Below, in pieces: positions 40,105 through 53,368 of a DNA stretch of 64,000 nt. The position numbers and the translations under genes are program-made. The DNA comes from Eledone cirrhosa (Eukaryota). How positions within the stretch are numbered: the stretch's first letter is position 1; every line of letters starts with the position of its first letter. The stretch is from contig OZ024743.1 in assembly GCA_964016885.1 (NCBI GenBank), forward strand, positions 180,234,001 to 180,298,000, in the 5' to 3' direction. Under the pieces are notes generated by a model. That model saw only the letters and a program-made list of their open reading frames with translations. It was not told the DNA's origin and did no database searches.

Positions 40105-40740
40105 CTATTTCTGATTTAAGCGTAAGGCCAACAATTTCTTTCGGGGCAAGTCGATTAAATTGACACCAATGCGTTACTGGTACATTATTTTATTGGCCCC
40201 TTAAGAAAGAAGGACAAAGTTAGCCACGGTGTAATTTGGACTCTGAACGTAAAGGGTCGTAACTCTATCTCCCGAAGCCTGACGACCGACATGCTACCGA
40301 TATTAGCCTATCTAATAATAACGATTTCTAGTATAGGAACAAGGCCAGTAATATGGGGCGGGGGGAGTCGATTAAATCGACCACAGTACATTACTGGTAC
40401 TTTAATTTATCGACCCCGTAAGGATGAAAGGCAAAGTTAACTTCGGCGGGATTTGATCTCAGACCGTAAAAGACAGTAACTCTATGTTGCAAAGAATGGC
40501 GCCGCACTCTCTACCAATACTCCCAATCCAGGCTTCTGTTTTAAGCACAATGCCAACAATTTTGGGCGAAGTGAATGTCGATTAAATAGACCCCAATATG
40601 TGACTGGTACTTTATTTCATCAAACCAGTAAGGATGAAAAGCAAAGCTAACCTCGGCGATATTTAAATTCAGAACGTAAAAGGGCCATAAATCTATGCCA
40701 CAAAGCATGTTGTCCGACGTTCTACAGATCTGCAAATCCA
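40105..40740 (-). mobile_element. Three tandem copies of SINE family 1
   Basis: Repeated GTCGATTAAAT..ACTGGTAC..AAGGATGAAAGGCAAAGTTAAC..ATTTGA.CTCAGA, separated by (AAT)n tails. Confidence 0.85.
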
Positions 40741-40875
40741 ATAATAATGATTTCTTTATTATTTCTTTATTCGGTATTTATTTATTAATAAAATGAAAAC
40801 TTGTTGCTGAAAACATCCATTTAAATTACTACTGAAGAGGAACATTCAAACTGATAGGCTAATAGACAATAAATA

Positions 40876-40915
<40 letters not shown>

Positions 40916-41499
40916 ACTATCTCTCTCTAACTATCTCTCTCTCACACTCTCTTTCTCTCTCACTATCTTTCTCCCTCACTATCTCTCACTCACACCATCT
41001 CTCTAACTCTCCCCTTCTTTCTTTCTCTTCCTCTTTGTTGCTTCAGCTAGACCTTATCAAACGTTTTGATATTAGAACTTAACAGCAAACAAGGTCACTG
41101 ACTTCAAGAAATTGGTCGATTCCTTTTCGTGTATGTATCATGTGTTAGTATAATATTATTACACCAAACAAACTAGATCTAAGTATAACTTCGTTTAAAA
41201 CCTTACAAGACAAAGGTTCCCTGTGTCTCTCTGGTCTCCTTTCTCGCTTTAATCCAGTATTGCCACATATTCGCTGATTCTACACACCAAATCACAACCA
41301 TTTCGTTTTCCCTGGTGTACCCACATTTCCACCACCACAGAAAGAGATCTTGTAATATTTCGTTAGATCATAGCAAGACTCCCACCTCCGCCTGAAACGG
41401 ATAGTATGTTGTGACTCTTGCAATATGAGCCATGACTTCTGTTATTTAGCTAGCTCCAACATGAAGAATACCAATAAAAATCACGTGTTCTAAACACAG

Positions 41500-41830
41500 A
41501 GAAACACACCGCAAGCAATAAAAAGGGACCACACTCATGATATGCTAAACCACTTCAACACGCAGATTAGTACAAATTGGCTGAATATTGTTATCAAGGG
41601 CTATCAGGATAATATGTGCCTCCTAATCGAAATATCTCCTCTTTCAATAGCTAGAAATGTAACCCTTGAGAAAATCGACAAACTTTCCAAATACGATTAA
41701 ACACCTAGAAATATAGATAAGCAGAATATGGGGATTAAGCAGAAACCGTCCCTGTATCAATATGGTCCTGGTAGACACTGCAATATATACAACATGGTGT
41801 ACATAGCACTACTGAAAACTAAGAACTTCT
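41500..41830 (+). mobile_element. Decayed restriction-like endonuclease of an R4/Dong-like element
   Basis: NIVIKG..CLLIEIS..RNVTLEKIDKLSKY..SRIWG resembles the PD..D..K..KY RLE domain. Confidence 0.55.
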
Positions 41831-42525
41831 ATATTATGTTGAGTAATGTAAATAAAATAAAATATCTCACGACGAATGAAAGAATTACACATACCCAAGG
41901 TGCTTAGAATTGTACACAGAAATTTAGTTTAAGCACGCAATCTGAATAATAATAATAAATTCATTGTAATAGCTACGTACAGAAAGGTAAAAAGACCATT
42001 ATAGATTGTTTGCTGTAATTCATCCCTTTATTATGTCAGCTCAATTTCATTTTATATAAATCATTTTACATTTTAAAAAGTTATAGAAAGCTCTATTTCC
42101 TTTCAACATCAACATATTTATAGCATTTCGTCTTGACTATATCCATATTGATTTCGTCAAAAATTTGTATTAATACCTACTCACGAACACTTATCAACAG
42201 ATTTTTTCCTGTCAATTATTCAGGAAAAACCATCGGTTACACTGAAGTATAGCTCCACAGCTATTTACAAAATACACTTAAAAATTCTAGTCATAATATT
42301 CCAGATTTTACAACCAACAGATAAATATAAATAAGAAAAACTATAAAGAAATATATAAGGCAAAGCTTTAGATTATCGGAGGTATATCTGTAGAATTTAT
42401 CTCACCATTTATTACACCAACAATATATACCCACATACAAATTTCATTCATTAGATTGTCGCCATGCTGAGACATCTTAAACTTATCGTCACCTGTACTG
42501 ATTTCTATCCAATATTTAATTTAAT

Positions 42526-42795
42526 AGGGGGCCTAGTGGTAAGGGTGTTGGACTTACGATTATAATGTCGTGGGTTCGATTCCTCGACTGGGTTGTGTAT
42601 TGTGTTCTTGAGCAAAACACTTCATTTCACGTTGCTCCAGTATACTCAGCTAAAAATGAGTACCAGCAAAAGCTGGGAGTTTAACCCTGCGATACTGGCG
42701 TCCTCTCCACAGTGGAGTATTGTACTCTCAGTCTCTTCACGCCACGAAACCAGGATGGGTAGTGGCCTAACGAGCTTTCTGGCTTGAGACAGACA
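42526..42795 (+). mobile_element. tRNA-derived SINE, family 2
   Basis: A-box GGCCTAGTGG, B-box GGTTCGATTCC, core GTGTTCTTGAGCAA..TTGCTCCAGTATACTCAGCT; second copy at 48977-49360. Confidence 0.8.
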
Positions 42796-43826
42796 TTATT
42801 AACTTTATTGTTGTTTCTCACAACGATGAATTAGATGACATGAAGTGATTAAAGAAATATATCTATGTGAATATGAAAGCAACAAAGACCAATATATATA
42901 TAGAGAGTGGGTGTATAATATATTAGAGCTACGAAGCTATACCAGTGGCTGAAGTGACAGTGCATATTGTGTTCTTCAAATTAAGTTTGGAAGAATGCAT
43001 TAAACACGAAATTTCTGGTCTCAGCCATTGGGATACCTCTATAGCTATAATAAATTGTACAACCGGACGAAGAACGTGGAGAATAATCTACTAATTTAGG
43101 AGATGAGAAAGATCACACTAAATATAGACTCGTATGGTGCCTCTACTATAATCAGTAGCAGTGTTGATGTAAATTTGGACAACTAAGCCCCAGAGGAAAT
43201 TAATGTGATCGACTCCTGTGTACCATTAGAATGAAGATATTGATTTAAATAGAGATCTAATAATCATCTCAAATTACGTAGCTAAAAATCCTCTCAGATG
43301 ACAGTAGTGTCAATGTGCCTTTTATTTGTCTTTTCAGCGTATGAAGTAGCTCTATCAGTGAAATGGCCCGAAGTCAAATGTTGAAGGATTAGCAATAGTT
43401 GAAGGAAACTCTAGAGTCACATAATTAAATGTATGAAACGTTTTCTTTTGTACTTAAGACAATAGTAATATTTCAGTTTCGTATTCATACAGCACGTATT
43501 AGAATTGAAGAAAACTGAATCTTCTTCATAAAATTATAATTAAAACATGTTTTCTTTAATTATCAATTGAATATTGAAATCAATTGTCAAGTTATCTGTT
43601 ACTTGTGGCATTTAACCAAAAATAATATTTGAAACATCGACTTATCTTTTGGCAATCTACCGAGACAATGTCTTGGGTATTATAAAGAAATGGTTTCTTT
43701 GAATGAAATCAATCAGAAGCAATTTTTATGGCTGCAGAAAAATATAACGCATAATCTATGGTTTCTATTACCCAGGAACGAGGCCAAATTTGAAGAGAAA
43801 GTGAGATATCGCAAATTTTAATATGG

Positions 43827-43914
<88 letters not shown>

Positions 43915-44094
43915 GTGTGCATGTGTGTGTATGCGTGTAATTATATATATGTGTGTGTGCATGCGTGTGTGTATATATATAATGGAGGGAGTTATGGCGT
44001 GTTTCTGTTTAAGGCATAACATTTCCTTTCCCAATAATTGTGTAATGTTCGGCTTTATTAATCTTGAAACACAAATACACATATGTATACATGT

Positions 44095-44241
<147 letters not shown>

Positions 44242-44574
44242 AGAGGGAGAGAGAGAGAGAGAGAGAGAGAGTGTGAAGATTAACACGGATAAGCTATGCA
44301 GTAGGGTTTATTCCAAGCATTAACATATGTTTCATTGTCTAGTGTGTAATCGAATGTGTCTTAAAATCACTATCTGCAATATTATTGTGAAATTCGATTT
44401 TAAATACTGCTTATACCAAGCAAATTATCAAAACACAGATTTGGGATTCGGCGGTACAATGAATTTATATTGAGCTATACTACCATCAAGATGAAAAACC
44501 AAATAAAATAAAAATATGAATTTAAATGTCCGATAAAGGAATATGATAATAAAAGTGCATAATGAAAATAATAA

Positions 44575-44725
44575 TTGTTTCTACTTTTGACACAACGCCA
44601 GCAATTACTCAGTACATTACTGGTACTTTATTTTATCGGCCCCGTAAGGATGAAAGGCAAAGTTAGCCACGACGGGATTTGAACTCAGATCGTAAAGGGG
44701 CGTATCTATGTTGGAAAGCATGATA
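44575..44725 (-). mobile_element. SINE family 1
   Basis: Same motifs as 20160-20380, reversed. Confidence 0.8.
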
Positions 44726-44729
44726 AGAT

Positions 44730-46200
44730 ATGCGAGGATAAGAGAAGAGTAGAGGGTTGTATACTTAGAGAGAACTCGTATTTAATATAGGTGTGTCTTT
44801 AGATTGTCAGCTGCTCTTGTATCTGATTGATTAAGAATTCGTTCTTTGCATTTGATTGGTTAAGAGTTCGCCCTTTGATGTCTTTCGAAGGGTGGATTTG
44901 CTTTTTAAGTATTTTTCTTATTCTTAGTTTAATTGTTTTATTGCGGTTAGTGGTAGATAAATGGGTGTTTGAAAGATAAGGTATGATAGATTCGTAATGT
45001 CGTGCCCTTTTAAGGTGATAAGAGAGATGTTTAAACTATCTATCGATGCCTAGTTTCCAAATGTTATAAGTCTGGGAAATTGTAGTGTTTATATAAACAT
45101 TTAGGGTTTTGGAGCGAATCCCGTCTATTTTGGTTTGTATTTCATGAATGTGATGGCGTATTTGTGTCGACAGTAAAGTGTGCGTCCAATCTTGTTATTT
45201 AGTAATTTTTATTGTATTGTAAAATATGGAGTAATTCCATACTGCACAATTTGCATTGGGACGTCCCGTGTGTGTAAACCCTGGCATTAGATAATTTAGA
45301 CCAAACTATTTAGTATTCTTGTTTGTTATCCTCAAACTGCCATATTTTATTGGCCAGCGTCGTCGTGTTTTTAAGTTTGCGGTTTTTAATCGAATTCCTA
45401 TGCATATACAAGCGTTTCTTGAATTATTTTGCTGTAGAACGTATGTAATACCATTCCTGGTCGCCCGATTTTATGGTACATATATACACTAAATTGAATC
45501 CAAGGCATTTTTCCTGTAGTGGGCATTTATCTGGTAGGTGGCAATTACATTTAGTGGCTTTCCTGTGTGTTAGCTCTACGTTATAGTCTGATGTATGGCT
45601 TGAATTAGGCTGGGATGTTGGTCTGTTTATATTGTGTTGGTGTGTCATATACTGTCGACCGGCTGGTTGCGATGCCGTTATAGTGTTGTGTTTGATATTA
45701 GATGTTGTGTTGGTGATATGTAGACCAATATTTTTAGAGATTATTTTTTAGTTGAGTTTCTTATGTTTTTTTCTATATTTGCTGCGGTAGAATATGATAG
45801 TTTAATAGTTTTCCTATTGAAATGTTTGTGGTATTTATGTGGCTTTGGGAAATGTTTATCTATTAGATTAAAGAAGATAATGGGTAGATTGGTATTGATT
45901 GCGTGATTGAAAACTGGATTATACCATAAATATTGTTTATTCCTAGATTTTTAAAGTTTCTGAATTACCGCAATGTTAGAGCTGAAAATACGAGGACTAT
46001 CAAATCAGCCATATCTCCTCGTGATCGAAATAGTGTTACTGCAATTTCCATACCATCAGATTTTCTGAACCTACCTCGTCTCTTTATGGCCCCTGTCATC
46101 TGGGTTTTGCTTATTTAACAGCATAGGAAGTGTTGAACTTGTTTAACTCTATGTAATGATTTTGTATGTTAAACAGTTGATATAAATACTCTCAACTTCC
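44730..46200 (-). mobile_element. Decayed Hydra-like PLE lacking the RT core
   Basis: YLWYNPVFN..KHFPKPHKYHKHFNRKTIKLSYST, CNCHLPDKCPLQEKC, WYYI; GTTGAGAGTA motif at 46187-46196. Confidence 0.75.
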
Positions 46201-48262
46201 ACATTATGTGCTCATTGCTCTATACTTACATTCTTACCCATAACTAAATAAATACAGAAAACTATTACAATAGTTGTGACTAGAAGTATGTAGGAATCGG
46301 GGGCTCTAGGAATTGGATCTGAAGTAGCGTTGGAGTGTCGGCCAAAAGGTTTATGTAATTACTGCCTGTTTTGTTGTATTGCAAGGTGACTATTATACAA
46401 GACAAAGATTTCTAAATGCTAAATTGTATCTGACTTTTACTGATGTTGGTTTGTAACCGAAAGCTCACGCTGTTTTAGTTGCCTCTAATTTGAAATGTCA
46501 TCTTGGTGTTAAGAATTTAGTGAAATTACGATTTCTATTTTCTAAGAGAAACGGTTTTTTTTATGAATTACTTCGTCATAAGAGTACAGTTATAAAACGC
46601 TCTCAGCAGAAGGTCTTCAGTGAAGAAAACCTCCTCAAGCGAGTGTTTTGGCCTAAGAACACAGGTTTTACTTGTCTTGGACATACTTATTACAGATTCA
46701 ACTTAACCAAAATATATCAAACTAGTGCGTGTGTGTTTATGTACATATCATCTATCGTTGTCTCATCAAGTGCGTGTGTACGTTGATGTTTTCTCTATTT
46801 CACTCACTTCTTCTGTCTCTCTCGCTCTCCCCAACTCTCACTATCATATTTCAAATGGGAGAAGGCCCAACCTTCAGCGTTCTTTTTACTGGGCTGAAAA
46901 AACGTGAAGGACCGCTGCAATAAGTGTATAAATCTGAGAGGCGAATATGTTTATTGAAATCATAATTAACTGATCCCCTATATTTTCTTTTACCCAACTT
47001 TTCAGCGTCCCCTCGTAAATGCAACAAAAATGGTCACATTGGATAATTTGATCCTAGATACACTATATCTGAATATAAAACATTAAAGTTACGCTTGGTC
47101 TACAGAGCAAAAGCAACACGGTCAATCAAATCTGTGGATAATATAAGACACCCAGGCAGGGGATCTATAACCTGTTGTGAGCTCCGATTAAACAGACGTA
47201 CGATTTAACGCCTTTTTACTGTGACCATTCCACCTATTTAGGCATCATGTTCTCAGTCTACCTTATCCAATTTAGTCATAAATATTAACTTAAGAGAATA
47301 AGGTATGATTTAAGGGGAATTTGACTGCTATTTCTGTCAACTCGAATGATCACAGAGTCAATCTTGTTGGGCTGATATTACGAAGCTAAAGTAATATCAA
47401 ATAATTGGTCAGAAAAACTAATGTTAGTTGATGACAAATATTTTTCCTGTTCCGGAAAGTATGGAGAGCAACGTCAGGTATGTTTCCCCTTCATTGAGCA
47501 TCATCAGCGGAAGATTAACTTTATCGTAAATTGCTGAAGAGGAAGAAAAGATAAGGAAATAAACAGTATAGAGAATTATATTTCAGTATACTTACATAAT
47601 ATATAAATAAAGAGTAACTATAAGGATTTTGTTTTAGTATATTGACTTAGTGATACATTCGCTATCACTTCAAAATGTTGCTATGAAGATGGGTGAACTT
47701 CCGCTGATGATGTTCAATGAAGCAGGAACACATCCGGAGTTGAAACGGAGTAATGAATTGGTATTATGGTTTTCTCACTGAATATGTTGAATCTACTTCA
47801 GCTTTTGAATTATTTATGCGTTAAACACGTTGACACCCACCTATTTAGAGCTGATATTAGCCACAGATCTTTTTTTAATGCTTTTACCATCACCATATCA
47901 TTCCATAGCAATATTTTTGGCTTAGAATTTAGCTTTTTCATAATTTCTTATTGTTCCTTCTTTCTTTTCAAAAGTGTCCCTCATTACAGCAATTTTGGTA
48001 TTTGTTGCTTTCTGTTTTGTTCGTAATTGCTGTTTCTATTGTTTTGTTTTGTTTACTTTTCTTGCTAAAGAATGCGTTATTCTGCAGTGATTATTTTAAA
48101 TTATTTTACATTTTGGTGGAGGCATTTATATCCCAGTAATTATGCTAAATACAAATTATGTAACATTTTATGGTGTGTTTTACATATCATCGCTGTTTTT
48201 CCTGTAGTCTTTCTAGTTTATTTAGCATCACTTTGAGGATTTATAACTAATATTATTACGAA

Positions 48263-48452
48263 AGGGCGGTGGATTGGCAGTATCGGTAGAGGGTCGGACG
48301 CCATGCTTTCCAGCATAGTTACGTCCCTTTGCGGTCTGAGTTCAAATCCCGCCGAGGTTAACTTTGCCTTTCATCCTTACGGAGTCGATAAAATAAAGTA
48401 CCAGTAATGTACTGGATAATTGATGGCCTTGTGCCAAAAGTAGAAACAATTA
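48263..48452 (+). mobile_element. SINE family 1, with intact tRNA-like head
   Basis: GGCGGTGGATTGGCAG..GAGTTCAAATCCCGCCGAGG.. Confidence 0.85.
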
Positions 48453-48976
48453 TTACGAAAGCTAGAGATTCGTGATTATAACATTATTTTTACATATAGT
48501 TCAGTATTAATTATTAATCTAAAGTTTGTGATATCCATTCTTTGAGTTTATTTTCATTTATATATTTTATAATTGGTTTAGTTCATGAATTGATTCAGTT
48601 TGGTCTAATCCTTTCGATTTCTAGCTTAAATTAACGCCTGTTTCTAATTCGAATAAGATATCAATCTTTGCAATGAATATTGTACATATTCGGCTAATAC
48701 TTCTCGGTTCTCATAGGTTGCAACATGTGATAAAATATAGTTGATTGCTCTACCATAACATTTGTATTGTGTACAGTTTGTTTTAATATGATGATAAATG
48801 TTTTAGTATGAATCAAAGGACTTCAGAATGAGAATAATTATTCTAACGAGGGTGTGGTTAGATTTTATAATGACTTCTTTGTTTATATTTACATTCCTTT
48901 GCCATTTACTAATGATGCATTAAATATATATGATTATTATTGGTGCTAGATTTACTTGTCGCCAATATCATTGTGT

Positions 48977-49360
48977 GGAGGTGCGTGGCCTTGTGGTGAG
49001 GGTTTTATACTTACTATCATAATATCATAGGTTCTATTCCCGAACTGGATTGTCTTGTGTTCTTGAGCAGAACAATTCATTTCAAGTTGCTCCAGTATAC
49101 TCAGCTGAAAATGAGTACCAGCAGTAGCTGGGGTTTAATCCTGCGATGGAGTGGCCTCCTGTTCAAGGGGAAGGGAGTTTTGAACTCGCAGTCGCTTCAT
49201 GCCACGAAACCAGGATACACACCGGCCTCATTAGCACCAACAATAGTTGAGGACTTAACCCTGCGATGGATTGGCATCCTCTCCAGAGGTGAGTCTTGAC
49301 GCCACGCAAACCAAAATAAGCACGGATCTAATGAACCTCCGAGCTCAAGACAGACTTTAG
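48977..49360 (+). mobile_element. SINE family 2
   Basis: Homologous to 42526-42795, with a duplicated 3' part. Confidence 0.8.
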
Positions 49361-49677
49361 ACTTTTAACATTACTACGATTCACGTGTGTCAATACTTTT
49401 AGTAAAATAATCGTGGCTGTTACATTACGAAGAGTGTGGAACCCTCCATGATAAGAGTAAACAATCTAGGAATTTAGAAACTAAATGTTGCAGTGAAAAG
49501 AATGAGCAGGAAAAGACAGAGAGACTGTGAAAAGCGGGTTGATGATTTGATACATGGCCAATTTATAAACAAGAAACATGGAAGTGGAACAGATAACTAA
49601 GTATAAAAGGAATAGGTGCCAAGATCAAATCTGAAGCTGTAATATATATCGCACAAAAGTAATTTCTAAGACCTTGT

Positions 49678-49925
49678 TTCTTCTTCTTCTTCTTCTTCTT
49701 CTTCTTCTTCTTTCTGAGGGTCCTGTTAGAAACAACCGTCTTCAATTGATCCGGCTGGATCCCCAAGCGAGACCAGCCAAGCTCCTGGATGTTATCCAAC
49801 CATCGTTCTCGGGGTCTACCCCTGGGTCTCCTATTTGTTGGTTTTGAGTGTAAATTCTGTTCAGCGATTCTTTCCTAAGACATTCTAACCACATGTCCAT
49901 AGTATCGGAGCTGTGATCTCTGAAT
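49678..49925 (-). mobile_element. RTE-like LINE 3' end with (GAA)n tail
   Basis: LRYYGHVVRM..RRPRGRPRERWLDNIQELGWSRLG. Confidence 0.8.
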
Positions 49926-49954
49926 TCGGAGAAGTAGATCCGGTATATTATATT

Positions 49955-50382
49955 ACCGAAATCCCTAAGGATGAAAAGCAAAGTTAGCCTCAGTGCGATT
50001 TGAACTCAAAGCATAGGAAATCGTAACTAAGCACCGCAAAACATTTTGTTCGACGCTCTGGCAATAATGCCATCATAATGATAATAATTGCTTGTACATT
50101 TGGCCCAAGGCCAGCAATTTGAATGGAAAGGGAACGTCGGCTAAATCGACTTCGGTGCATTACAAGTACTTTATTCTATCAAAGGGTGAAAGGCAAAGCT
50201 AACGCTGGCGGGATTTGAAATCATCATTATAATAATAATTGTTTCTACTTTTGGCACAAGGCCAGGAATTACCGCAGTGCATTACTGGTGATTTATTTTA
50301 TTAACCCCATAAGGATGAACGGCAAAGTTAACCTCGGCAGGATTTTAACTCAGGTCGTAAAGGGACGTGACTCTATGCTGTA
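49955..50382 (-). mobile_element. Cluster of three SINE family 1 fragments
   Basis: GGATGAAA.GCAAAG.TA.C motif at ~49970, ~50187 and ~50313. Confidence 0.8.
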
Positions 50383-51204
50383 AATAATAATGATAGTAAT
50401 AATTTATTCAAATATATGCAGCATAATCAATGAGTACCCATTTAATTCTCATGTAATTTTGGTAAAAATGATTCGTCTCAAACCTAACAGATATTTTATC
50501 ATTCAAACATTTTACACATTATTTAATAATTTCCACATACCGAACGATTAATTAAATCGCCTACTGTTCAAGTGACTGTAGGACGTCATCGATCTTAGAG
50601 AGCGAATAGCCTCCTTATTCAGAAATGTGCACTTGAATGTCAAATTTGCTGTATTACCGATAATTTGAGAAGCGAAGGACTGGTGTTAAATATATAGCCA
50701 TATGTTGTGCCCTAAGCGATATACACCTATTCATAATCAGTAAGACTGGAGTTTCAGTGTGTAATTCAACAATTCTACTAATATTTAAGAATGTTATATA
50801 GAAGTATCAATAAATAAAATCCCTGACAAGCAGTATTTAAGTTCATGCTTTACATTTTTCACCGCCAACATCATTGTGTTGTATCCGTGATAAAGATTTA
50901 TAATTCTTAACAAATTTCTTTTGATATAACATGGCTGTGTAGCTCAATTCAATAATCACCATCAGTGTTGTGAAGTTAACGTCTGTTTCGTTTGTTAATA
51001 GCGATAATTTCATGTCTTCCAATGGACCAGATGAATAGAATAAGGAACCATTTAGAAGCATTTCTATTTTGAATCACTAAACGAATAAGAATCTTCAGTG
51101 CAGTTTTAAACCCTCAACAGACTTACGGAACCTCGATCTCTTCTACCCAAAATTTATGTTGTTGTTATTGGTCTGCCCTGATTGAGCTGAAGTATTAATA
51201 ATGA

Positions 51205-51412
51205 TCTCTGATTTAGGCACAAGGCCAACAATTTTCGGAGGAGGGGAAAAGTCGATTAAATCAACCACAGTACGTTAATGATGCCTTATTTTATCGACCC
51301 CGTAAGGATGAACGGCAAAGCTAACTTCGGTGAGATTTGAACTCAGAACGTAAAATGCCCTAACTCTATGCTGCAAAGCATGGTGTCTTACACTCTACAG
51401 ATACTGCCAACG
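51205..51412 (-). mobile_element. SINE family 1 (a further fragment lies at 52580-52692)
   Basis: Same motifs. Confidence 0.82.
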
Positions 51413-51826
51413 TATTAATAATGGCATTAGTACTGTAACCATCCGTTCTTACTTGCAGACTTAGTATATATTATACATTATACATTGTTTTATACGGTAG
51501 AGTGTAATGAAAGGGGGATTTCGTTTCTAATTCCAGTTTTTGAGAAGTACTTAGAGGCCCCTTGATCTCGACAAAAGCTTAGATGTTACAAACTGAAGAA
51601 AGCGGGTCTAGTTAATAATAACAAAATACATTTGAGATAAAGCCTTCTTAACTTTAGGACCAGATTTTGTTTTGTGCGATGAAGTAGTTTCTTATTGAAT
51701 ATAGTTAGAAGAACTGAAGTTAGATCAGGTGTTTCATCAGGGACGGTTGATTCAATTGATTGTCCTATTAGGAAGAAAAACGTCCATGTAGATGAATCTT
51801 TTTTGGTAGTAACGGTGGAACGAAAA

Positions 51827-52065
51827 TTCTTCTTCTTCTTCTTCTTCTTCTTCTTCTTTTTTCTTTTTCTTTTTCTTCTTCTTCTTCTTCTTCTTCTTCG
51901 TCTTCGCCCACTTAGTCGTGGGCGCAGAGTCCCCAAACACTTCCCCCAGTATCCCCAAGCGCGACCATGGATCTTCTGTCGGTTGATTTTGCGCATAAAA
52001 TCTGTTCAGCGATGATATCCTGAAACATTCTAACTCCATGTCGATAATATCGGAGCTGTGATCAT
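51827..52065 (-). mobile_element. RTE-like LINE 3' end with (GAA)n tail
   Basis: Homologous to 49678-49925 (LRYYRHGVRM..WSRLG). Confidence 0.75.
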
Positions 52066-52245
52066 TCAATTCGCAAGAGGTGTAGGTAGAAAATTCTCAG
52101 AGAAAAATGTCGGAAGGAAGTAAACAAACAGACGAATCCTGAACCTCGCTCACCAGCTGGTTTCATATCTGCTGGACAGGTTTCCACCAAGTAGAGCATT
52201 GCTTAATATATTATAGCCATCTAAGAACATTGTCGGCATCTATTT

Positions 52246-52497
52246 ATAGGGGTAGTGGAAGCATTTCTGAATTGGTGGGGCCAGATTTGACCAATTTAGT
52301 TATAGTGATTAGTTTAGCTATTTGCACTCTAAAATTGTCAGAAAACTTCCATGTGCCATAGACATAATATGTAACATAAATTATAGCGCATATCCAAATA
52401 GATGTGTGTTTGCTAGTTTGGTGAGAAAAATATAATTATTTGGGGGAAGGCGGCATGACCCCTGCAGCCCCCCACCCCAGTTGCACTGCCCTTGTAT
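52246..52497. mobile_element. Putative TA-flanked MITE
   Basis: TAGGGGTAGTGGAAGC... versus ...GTTGCACTGCCCTTGTA; GC-rich termini. Confidence 0.4.
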
Positions 52498-53186
52498 ATA
52501 TATATATATAAATATAAAACAAATAGCTTTATCCCTCTACATGGCAAGAAATGTAAATCTGAGGTTTTCAAATATTAATAATCGTTTCTACTTTAGGCAC
52601 AAGGCCAGCAATTATCCAGTGCATTACTGGTACTTTATTTTATGGATCCCGTAAGGATGAAAGGCAAAGTTAACCTCGGGGGGATTTGAACTAATTATAA
52701 CAATAATATTCGAATCGTCTGCAATGATGCAAACAGCCTCTCAAGCCTTGTGAGTAGAATGATCCCGTCATTCTTGCTCTTGCTTTGGCATACACGAGAG
52801 CAAGAAGACGTGATAAACGACACATTCCAGATATATCAGACATCGGTATCGAACCCGGTACCTAATGATTGAGAAACTAAACTTTTAACCGTTTGGCCTT
52901 GCTGCGTTCATTACAGATGTTATAGCAAAAATTCACAAAGTATGGAATTTTTGGAAATTGCAACTATGTTTTTTTCTAATATATACTTATACTTTCAATA
53001 TTTTCAGTAAGAATATATTGATTAATCTATGACAGGGAACTTTCAATAATATTGATTTATCTGTCTATGACACATAATAACTCAAATTAAACTTATTAGC
53101 GTAAATTCTGAGGCAACGAAATTTCAAAAGACTCTCTATAAATAAATATATATATATGTGTGTGTGTTTGTGTGTGTGTGTGTGCA

Positions 53187-53265
<79 letters not shown>

Positions 53266-53308
53266 GTATATATATATATGTATATGTGTATATATATATG
53301 TGTGTATA

Positions 53309-53367
<59 letters not shown>

Positions 53368-53368
53368 A

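Noticed and set aside
42526-42605. tRNA gene
   Set aside because: A and B boxes are present, but there is no cloverleaf and it continues into a SINE body found twice
46515-46630. CTGAAGA...GAAA on the minus strand with a long hairpin
   Set aside because: No stem I partner after any UH triplet
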